Of a DNA stretch of 64,000 bases, positions 57,309 to 64,000 are shown piece by piece. A program made the position numbers and the translations under genes. Under the pieces are notes generated by a model. It had not been told where the DNA came from, made no database searches, and saw only the letters and a program-made list of their open reading frames with translations. Origin of the DNA: Vulcanimicrobiota bacterium (GTDB lineage Bacteria > Vulcanimicrobiota > Vulcanimicrobiia > Vulcanimicrobiales > Vulcanimicrobiaceae); NCBI GenBank assembly GCA_963717425.1, contig OY970335.1, positions 1,777,226 through 1,841,225 on the forward strand, read 5' to 3'. Position 1 is the stretch's first letter. The number at the start of each line of letters is the position of its first letter.

Positions 57309-58261
57309 ATTCGCGTTATCGCCTTGAGGGCCGCGCATCGACAAAGTGCGTCCTCGATGAAATCCTCCGGCGGCTGCTCAGACTCGCTCGACTCGTTAAG
57401 CTCCAAGCCGCCGCGCAATTCATCCTCGGCCACCCCGCCGGAGGCGGGAGCGTCACGCGCCTCGCACCGGCAACGTCTTAATGCGGCGTAGCAAAATTTC
57501 CACGCAACCGACGACAGTGATGCGTCGGGTCGCGTTCGGCTACCGATTCGGCGATGCGCACGCTTCCGGCGCTCAACGCTGCGCTTCGCGCCACCGTTCG
57601 GCGGCAGGGCTGATCACGATTTTCCACGCGGCGCGCGTCGCGAGAGCGGCTAAGGAGCGCAGGCCTCGGATACTGACCAGCCCAGCTTTTGGTATCGAGA
57701 AGTACCATTATCGTTAGCTAAGGGGCGAACCGTGGCTCATCAGGGCGTCCATCGCCGAAACGGCTCCCGCTATCGCAATGGCTATGGGCTCATTGCGGAC
57801 TCATCCGAGCCGAAGGGTCTCTAGCGCGTTTGGCGACGCAGTCGGTTGTAGGGTATAGCGGCAGCCAACGTTTCAATCGAGGCCCTATCAGAGAGGCAAA
57901 CGAGGGTGACGACATGGCTGCGCGGGTTTCTCTGCAAGTTAGGCGCTTATTACACCCCGTGCGCGATGCCATGCCGCCGGCGATAGTTTAGCCGATTCCC
58001 GAATCCAATCTAGCCCGTTATAGTGCTTCAACAAGGTTGTGAATTGTGGCCTTGGGTTCGATCGTCCGAGTCAAAACGCGACCCACACTAGAGCCGGCTC
58101 GGGCACCGACGGTTAGGAAACGTGCAGCGCCTTTCTTATCAAACATTTTATTCGTTTATACAGGCATTCAGCTCCAGAGGGGGCTCAATTCAAACGCTTG
58201 CTCCAGATATTTGCGCCGACGCTAATGAGGAAGAACCAAGGTGAGTCACGTCAGCACTGGC

Positions 58262-58546
58262 TCACGCATCGATCTCTGCGGCTATCCCTTCAGCGACACG
58301 CCGAAGAGCATTTCCCCATTGCCCCCTCGGCAATCCGCTGACTTCAAAATAGTGTCTGGCGATGTCAGCGAAAAAGATGCCAAGCGCCGCTGGATCGGGC
58401 CACGGGTTCTCAGTTGTGGCAAAGCCAATGTCCTCATTTGGGAGCATCCAAGCGCACAGTATCTCCACAGCAGCCGGATTCTTAATAACATCATCAGGGA
58501 TCGTAAGCCTACGCATGTACTTTTTTATACCTCTAGGGCGGGACAC
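58262..58546 (-). CDS. Small hypothetical protein, possible (orphan) immunity protein, DUF5076-like.
   Basis: 94 aa. LTIPDDVIKNPAAVEILCAWM...WPDPAALGIFFADIARH resembles DUF5076-type sequences from memory. It lies downstream of the RHS toxin/LRR pair in the low-G+C segment. Confidence 0.35.
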   Translation of the reverse strand: MSRPRGIKKYMRRLTIPDDVIKNPAAVEILCAWMLPNEDIGFATTENPWPDPAALGIFFADIARHYFEVSGLPRGQWGNALRRVAEGIAAEIDA

Positions 58547-58651
58547 TAGTGTTTGCGCCTATTTGCGCGTTAAGCATGCAGATGCGCTGAGCCGCTAGCA
58601 AGGTCATGTGTGATCGGTGGCCGCCTGCAGGCCCGAAGGCTAGAAGTTAGC

Positions 58652-59536
58652 TTATTGAGCAAAACGGTGCGAATCCCTCTCTAACTTGGACCACAACTTG
58701 TTATAATTATAATTGTAATGCTTCCTATTCTGAAATGCAAAATTCTCAAGCTTCATTTCATTTACGATAGCAGTATTGCCATCGAGAACGTTTGTGGAGT
58801 CGGTAAAATACAACTCCTTCAGGTTATGGTCAGTCCGTAGGGGATTTAACGACGCAATATTTCCCACGTTGTCGAGGTGTAAGCACTCAAGCTTCGGTAA
58901 GTTGGTAATGACGTCGACGCTTTTCAACTTTCTACAGGTTTGAATCCTAAGGTCTCGCAGCGATTTGAGTGAACTAATGGCAGTAAAATCGTCTAGCTTA
59001 CGGAGGTGGGAGAGTGTGAGGTTTTTTATGCCATTGCATCGCTCGAGCCCAGACAAAGTGCGAAGCGGCCCTCCGATGAGCTCAAGCTCGCGCAAATAGG
59101 GGGCCGTACCGATGACTTGTAGATTCTGATCGCCCCATGAGAAAACTCGCAGCGTGGTTAGCAGGGGTGCTCGCCAAAGATTAACGAGCTTGGGTCCCCA
59201 TGGGACACTCAGCTCCTCGATCAGCGGCCACGACGCAGGATCAGCATCGAAAAAACTATCAGATTGAACCGTCAAGACCCGTAGGTTATGGAGGTTCGCA
59301 ATCCCATGAATATCAAATGCGGTCCGGTTTATTATGTGGAGTCGCTCTAGATTTCGAAAGCCTTGCAGTAGGCTGATGTCACCGGTCCTACGTCGCCACA
59401 GAGTCCAGATCTCTGTTACACAAGATCCGGCGGGTCCGATCTCTCGTAATAGTTCTGGCGTTAAAGGATCTGCTAGCAGCAGCGATATGCTATCATGCGC
59501 CGATTCAAGCCGAAAGCCAGACGTCGGAAGTTGCAC
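58652..59536 (-). CDS. Leucine-rich-repeat protein; candidate cognate immunity protein of the RHS toxin.
   Basis: 294 aa with repeated LxxLxLxxCxxL units (LRELELIGGPLRTLSGLERCNGIKNLTLSHLRKLDDF...LRDLRIQTCRKLKSV...LECLHLDN). The GTG start is 8 nt after the RHS stop. The gene is markedly A+T-richer than its surroundings. Confidence 0.8.
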   Translation of the reverse strand: MQLPTSGFRLESAHDSISLLLADPLTPELLREIGPAGSCVTEIWTLWRRRTGDISLLQGFRNLERLHIINRTAFDIHGIANLHNLRVLTVQSDSFFDADPASWPLIEELSVPWGPKLVNLWRAPLLTTLRVFSWGDQNLQVIGTAPYLRELELIGGPLRTLSGLERCNGIKNLTLSHLRKLDDFTAISSLKSLRDLRIQTCRKLKSVDVITNLPKLECLHLDNVGNIASLNPLRTDHNLKELYFTDSTNVLDGNTAIVNEMKLENFAFQNRKHYNYNYNKLWSKLERDSHRFAQ

Positions 59537-59544
59537 GTAGTTTT

Positions 59545-62500
59545 CTACGGAGGGCTTTGCTGCGTACTTTGCTGGGGCCGTGCTCCTTGAGCGTTGATCT
59601 TATTGGCTACGTTGGGATTACCCACGCCGCCCGCCTCATCTATTGCATTTTGCTCCGCGGTTTTTAGATTGCCAGAAACCGCCCGGGTCTGGACTGATCC
59701 AAAGTTCTCGCTTGTCAACTTTCCGCTCCTGATATGCTGGGCCATTCTTTGTCCGATGTTTATCGATCTACCGACATACGTCTTTCCTTGCGTGATGAAT
59801 CTGTATATTCCCCGAGCGACGCCACCCGCTAGCGCTCTGCCAGCAGCGGCGGCGGACGCCGCGGAGCGAGCGGTTGCGGCGGCAAAGCCTCTCGCGCTGC
59901 TCGCGAGCGCAGCGTCACCCACTGCTTCGGCGGCCTCACCAACAGCCAGAGCACCGCCTTCGACTACGACGGCGCCTACTGCCGCCTCTCCAACGCACGC
60001 GTCTTCGATACAATAACCGCTCGGATCGTTGTACTCGACTGGATTATTATCGTTCCACATGAAGGACTTTTGAGACATCGGGTCATGCACATCACCGGCA
60101 TATGCGTCAGGGGTCGTCCAAGATCCCGACGTGTTGTCATACGAGCGCGCGCCTTGGATTGTGTCGAAGCCGTCAGTCAATCCATCGGTCCGTGGCATGC
60201 CGAGTACGCCACTAGATCCCATTGCCCACCCTAAATCTGAACCATTGGTACCATCGTACGCTGAGCCAAACCATCTGATCGACTTTGGTTCATTCGGCGT
60301 CGTGAGAGGAAAGCACGGCGAGTGCCAAATGCTCACCTCATTCCGGAAGAAGGTTTGATTCCAACTGTCGCCGAGACCGGCAAAGGTACTTGCGTTAGCG
60401 TTATGGCAGCCGATGACCACGCCGCCGGGGCCACGATCGTAGAAAGTTAAGCCGGCATATCCCGTATCTTGCGGCAGGATGTCACCTTGGGCTCCGATCT
60501 TGATGTCGTCGAGTGCTGCAGTCGAGCCGTCGCTGGCAAATAGCAACTGATTTCCGTCCCAGTGAAGGACCTCGTTGTGCAGTTTTCCAGAGCTGTCAAA
60601 AGTGCCGATCATAATCGGATGGCCGTTGGGACCCCAGCTTATTCCCTGCTCGACCGGGGGGCTCACATTTACTCCCGAAAACTCCGTGTTTAGTAGATGA
60701 TTTTCGGCGTCGTACGTTCGGCCCACTGTTGTGGCCGCAAACGTTCCGGTGCTAAACTGCTTCCACGGCGCGGATTGACCATTCATTTGGCCTGCATTAC
60801 TGTAATTCCAGGTCGTAGGGATAGAGTTGCTGCCAAAAGGGACCTGTTGGGTCTGCACGCCCATAAAGGCGTCCCAGTAGTACGAAGTTGCGCTGCTAGG
60901 CTGTAGTCGAATCATCACGCCGTTAGCTAAGAATCCACCTCCGCCAAGATAGTTCTGAGAACTTGGCGATGACACCAGCTCCCCACGCAAGCTGTAGCCC
61001 CACGTGGGTGGCCCCTGAGAGGAGCCTTGAATGGTGGTGCTGAGTAACTCGCCCTCCGCGCTGTATGAGAAGTTTAACAGGCTGGTGGCCGGAGAACTAT
61101 ATGAACTCTCTTGTCCATAGCCGTCGTAGGTTATGGTTGTCGGAGTCGCGTTTTTAGCGATGCCAGTCTCAGCGCGGTTGTTCATTCGTCCCGTATTGTC
61201 GTATGTGTAGACGATATTTGTTATTCCCGCATTCTTGATTTGGCTGCCAAGGGTTCCATCATTGATGGTTTCCGTTCCGATAAGCCCATCCTGACGGTAA
61301 GAATAGCTGAAGAGCGCAGCTTGCGTTACGGCCGCCGAAGAGACGTCGACGCTTTCCAGCGTGCCGTCGGGATAATAGTTATGCGTAACGACGGCGGATG
61401 ACATCCTGTCGCTATTTGTATCACCGCTGGGATCAGTCGAGGTCCGGAGCCGCCCATCGAGGTTGTACGTGTATAGCTGGGGGTTGCTGTAAGCTCCCGA
61501 CGTAATTTGTGCCGGCTGACCGTCTGGGTCATACAGATAGTCTCGTTCTGGAGAAGATCCGCCGCTGGACTCGAAGGTCTTCTCTTTCCCATCCTCGCGA
61601 TAATCGAACTTCTGGCATTGGCCTAAAGCGTTACAATCGGTACCAAGCAGTCCTGCAACATTACCGCTTCCGAGCGGAGTGATATCCCAAGTCAGTGCCT
61701 CTGTACTCAGTGTCTCCGTATTCGATTGGTTAACTAAGGAATATTTCGCAACGGCCCGATCGACATCATCGTATGCGGTTGCCTTGATGTTTTGATAGCT
61801 AGTATTAGGTACCGTTTGCGGGTTAGCATTGTACTGTATAGAGGGATTCGCTGATCCCAAAAGCTCTTGCGTCGCGTAGAGGTTACCGTAGGCTTGAAAC
61901 TGCGCGCCGTGAAAAGATTTTTGGCTGCCGTCCAAATCGTACAGGTAGCGGGTTACCCATGGATTCTGATATGCATCGCTGTCGGCTTGCGGGAGTTTGA
62001 CCTCGACGAGCCGATCGAGCCCGTCGTAGTACTTGCACGTCGTTCCGGCGCCAATCGAGGCGCTCGGCGTGCACCATGACGGCGTAGACTTTCCCGCCTT
62101 GCAGCCTCCGGGCACGCAGTTGTGGTGGCGCGCCTCGGTCGCGACATCACCGTCGGGATCGTAGCCGTACGCGACAGCGTACTGCGGTGGTGTTGCGCCC
62201 GACTTCAACTGGCTATCGGTCGGACACGATGGTCCCCCGTCGAGGTGATACTGCCAGCCGGTCTCACTGTAGAAAACGCTCCCATCGAGATTGTAGCAAA
62301 TATTAGATGATATATGCAGATCGGGATCGGTGCGCCTGGTTACACGGTTCATTCCATCGGTAGTGTACTGCAACACCCATTGGGTATTGCTCGTGGGGTA
62401 GCTGCTGTATGTAGACAAGTTGCCGGCGGTCGTATAGGCAAACTTTTGGTGCGGGATTCGATTGTTGTCCTGACCGATCGCAGTGCCTGTGACATCGGTG

Positions 62501-64000
62501 GGAAGACCCATTCCACAGTTCGATCCGGGATAGTTGATGGTTCGAGCGTAGCCGCCGAATGTGTCCATTTCGATTAGGCAGCCGTATGGTTCCGCAGCGT
62601 CGTTTGGATTAAAGATAAACTTGGCGTGGTTTGTGCCGTACGTTTGGCACAAATTGTCCGCCGGTACCTGCCAGCCGTTGTTGTTACCGTTGTTGGCCGG
62701 ATCGCAGTAAAACTTCACATTGTTGTAGCTGTCGTAATCATAGAAGCTCGTCGGGTTAATCGACCCCTGAGGGAATATGGTCATCTTAGGAAGGACGACC
62801 TCCACGGTGTTGCCGTTGACGTCGTAGCCCATCTTCGTCACATAGCCGCGCGCGTCGGTTGTACTTGTAAGGTCGTTGTTCGCGTCCCAGGCCTGGGATG
62901 TTCCGAGCCATGTGCTTCCCCCACCCGTAGTGAGAACGTACGTCTGAATCGCACGATTGCTTCCGTCGTAACACCACTGGGTATTATGCTGGAAGGCATC
63001 CACCATTTCGGCCATTGATCCAGTGCAATTGCTCCATGGGATTTGATTGTTGAAAAAGTCTGTATCGTCCCATTGTACGAAGCCGGTATTCTCGCCGCTC
63101 TGTATAGCCGAGGGCGATAAGACATTGTCCTGAGGAGTGGGGTTAAGCACGCCGCGCGTATACCAGTCGGAAAGCTGATGACTGGAATAGTCGAAGTCGA
63201 CGCAAGCTCCATCCGTGGGGTGTCCGCTCGTGTCGATGTTAGAAATTGTGGCGCGCGGACCGCACACCTCCATGAGTCCTGGCGGTCCAATATCGTAGGT
63301 CTCAGGTAGGTTGCCTCTGGCGATAGGCGCTCCGTCGAGAAAACTTGTCGGCATGGTTTCGTTCGCGAGCACCGGGGTGTTCCCCGGCTTATCGACATCG
63401 TCAACCTCACCATTACTGGAATAATGATAGTTGACCGTTTCGTTATCTGGCAACGTGATCGACATCAGCTCGGTAATAGGGGGACTAGAACCTGCAATCT
63501 GTCCGAATGTCATCGTTAGCTGAGCGCCGTCAGGCTGGTGTGTCGCGACGATCGTTGCAAGATTTTCCGGGTTACTAGCGTCTGGGCTCCAACTATATGC
63601 TAGGTTAATATAAAAGTTCGTATTGCGCCCATAAATTGCCAGAAGCCGCCCGTAGTATCCCGCTTGATTGCTCGTGCAGTTAGAGTAGGGCGCGTCAAAC
63701 ATGTAGCTCGTTCCGGATTTCTTGGTCCATTGCAACTGGCAGGCAATGCCGTTGCCGCCGAGCTGGGTCGTCGCAAGAATTTCATACACACCGGGGGTCA
63801 GCGACGTGCACGTAGCCACGGTGTTGATCGTGCAACTATAGTCGTCACGGGCGCCATCACCGGTATAAACGCTTACGGTCCCCGTGTTCTGGCCGGTTGA
63901 CGACCAACCAAGGTGAACATCCAAGTTGTTCGTCCAGCGGTTGCCAAATACGGATGGCGTCGACCCGTCAGTATTAATCGCGTCGTGCCCTGACTGGGAA
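59545..64000 (-). CDS. RHS/YD-repeat polymorphic toxin with a C-terminal GIY-YIG nuclease domain. The N-terminus lies outside the window.
   Basis: Many YD repeats (YDVNGN, YGYDPDGD, YLYDLDG, YTYNLDGR, YLYDPDG, YTYDNTGR). The core ends at NDPSGYC and is followed by an Ala/Gly-rich linker. The last 88 aa (nt 59548-59811) are GIYRFITQGKTYVGRSINIGQRMAQH...AEQNAIDE (GIY...YVG...R..H...E). I translated the frame upstream of the listed TTG (63924) and it stays open to nt 64000. Confidence 0.9.
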   Translation of the reverse strand, partial: SQSGHDAINTDGSTPSVFGNRWTNNLDVHLGWSSTGQNTGTVSVYTGDGARDDYSCTINTVATCTSLTPGVYEILATTQLGGNGIACQLQWTKKSGTSYMFDAPYSNCTSNQAGYYGRLLAIYGRNTNFYINLAYSWSPDASNPENLATIVATHQPDGAQLTMTFGQIAGSSPPITELMSITLPDNETVNYHYSSNGEVDDVDKPGNTPVLANETMPTSFLDGAPIARGNLPETYDIGPPGLMEVCGPRATISNIDTSGHPTDGACVDFDYSSHQLSDWYTRGVLNPTPQDNVLSPSAIQSGENTGFVQWDDTDFFNNQIPWSNCTGSMAEMVDAFQHNTQWCYDGSNRAIQTYVLTTGGGSTWLGTSQAWDANNDLTSTTDARGYVTKMGYDVNGNTVEVVLPKMTIFPQGSINPTSFYDYDSYNNVKFYCDPANNGNNNGWQVPADNLCQTYGTNHAKFIFNPNDAAEPYGCLIEMDTFGGYARTINYPGSNCGMGLPTDVTGTAIGQDNNRIPHQKFAYTTAGNLSTYSSYPTSNTQWVLQYTTDGMNRVTRRTDPDLHISSNICYNLDGSVFYSETGWQYHLDGGPSCPTDSQLKSGATPPQYAVAYGYDPDGDVATEARHHNCVPGGCKAGKSTPSWCTPSASIGAGTTCKYYDGLDRLVEVKLPQADSDAYQNPWVTRYLYDLDGSQKSFHGAQFQAYGNLYATQELLGSANPSIQYNANPQTVPNTSYQNIKATAYDDVDRAVAKYSLVNQSNTETLSTEALTWDITPLGSGNVAGLLGTDCNALGQCQKFDYREDGKEKTFESSGGSSPERDYLYDPDGQPAQITSGAYSNPQLYTYNLDGRLRTSTDPSGDTNSDRMSSAVVTHNYYPDGTLESVDVSSAAVTQAALFSYSYRQDGLIGTETINDGTLGSQIKNAGITNIVYTYDNTGRMNNRAETGIAKNATPTTITYDGYGQESSYSSPATSLLNFSYSAEGELLSTTIQGSSQGPPTWGYSLRGELVSSPSSQNYLGGGGFLANGVMIRLQPSSATSYYWDAFMGVQTQQVPFGSNSIPTTWNYSNAGQMNGQSAPWKQFSTGTFAATTVGRTYDAENHLLNTEFSGVNVSPPVEQGISWGPNGHPIMIGTFDSSGKLHNEVLHWDGNQLLFASDGSTAALDDIKIGAQGDILPQDTGYAGLTFYDRGPGGVVIGCHNANASTFAGLGDSWNQTFFRNEVSIWHSPCFPLTTPNEPKSIRWFGSAYDGTNGSDLGWAMGSSGVLGMPRTDGLTDGFDTIQGARSYDNTSGSWTTPDAYAGDVHDPMSQKSFMWNDNNPVEYNDPSGYCIEDACVGEAAVGAVVVEGGALAVGEAAEAVGDAALASSARGFAAATARSAASAAAAGRALAGGVARGIYRFITQGKTYVGRSINIGQRMAQHIRSGKLTSENFGSVQTRAVSGNLKTAEQNAIDEAGGVGNPNVANKINAQGARPQQSTQQSPP

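Larger units (their letters stand above)
28117..64000. mobile_element. Integrative genomic (defence/toxin) island inserted at the 3' side of tRNA-Sec. The distal end was not found in the window, and the island may be composite.
   Basis: A tyrosine integrase lies immediately 3' of selC. The region also has an excisionase-like HTH, a second recombinase, an ArdC-like antirestriction pair, multiple defence modules and an RHS toxin. G+C is visibly lower and codon usage differs from the first 28 kb. Confidence 0.7.

Overview
High-G+C bacterial chromosome segment in two parts. All calls come from reading the ORF translations and the DNA by eye. No alignments, HMM searches or structure predictions were run.

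**Part 1 (1 to ~28 kb): conserved core.** It holds the 3' end of selA and a putrescine/GABA catabolic operon (gabT, patA, aldehyde dehydrogenase). These are followed by a TonB-dependent-receptor-like outer-membrane protein, a Tat-signal flavin amine oxidase, selB and a class III cyclase-STAND NTPase-TPR protein. The rest of the core is a sedolisin (S53) peptidase, a GNAT acetyltransferase, a BNR/Asp-box (sortilin-like) protein, clpB, an S9 peptidase, typA/bipA and a VOC/PhnB-like protein.

**Part 2 (28117 to the window end): accessory island.** A tRNA-Sec (selC, anticodon TCA) lies at 28023-28116. Directly 3' of it begins a visibly lower-G+C island whose far end is not in the window.
- Mobility and maintenance genes: a tyrosine integrase, an excisionase-like HTH, a winged-HTH protein followed by an iteron-like repeat array, an XRE regulator, a second Xer-like recombinase operon, and a split ArdC-like antirestriction pair.
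- Defence modules: (a) a translationally coupled three-gene operon ending in a 1854-aa DEAD/DEAH helicase fused to a DUF1998-type zinc module (Druantia DruE-like), with two partner proteins I cannot recognise; (b) a GHKL-ATPase/PD-ExK nuclease + Vsr + C5 cytosine methyltransferase module with a divergent MUG/UDG-like gene; (c) an AAA+ ATPase + S8 subtilase pair (IetAS-like) followed by an HNH nuclease with an unknown N-terminal domain.
- At the window end: an RHS/YD-repeat polymorphic toxin with a C-terminal GIY-YIG nuclease domain, followed by candidate immunity genes.

The helicase operon at 38113-46510 is the best candidate for an undescribed system.
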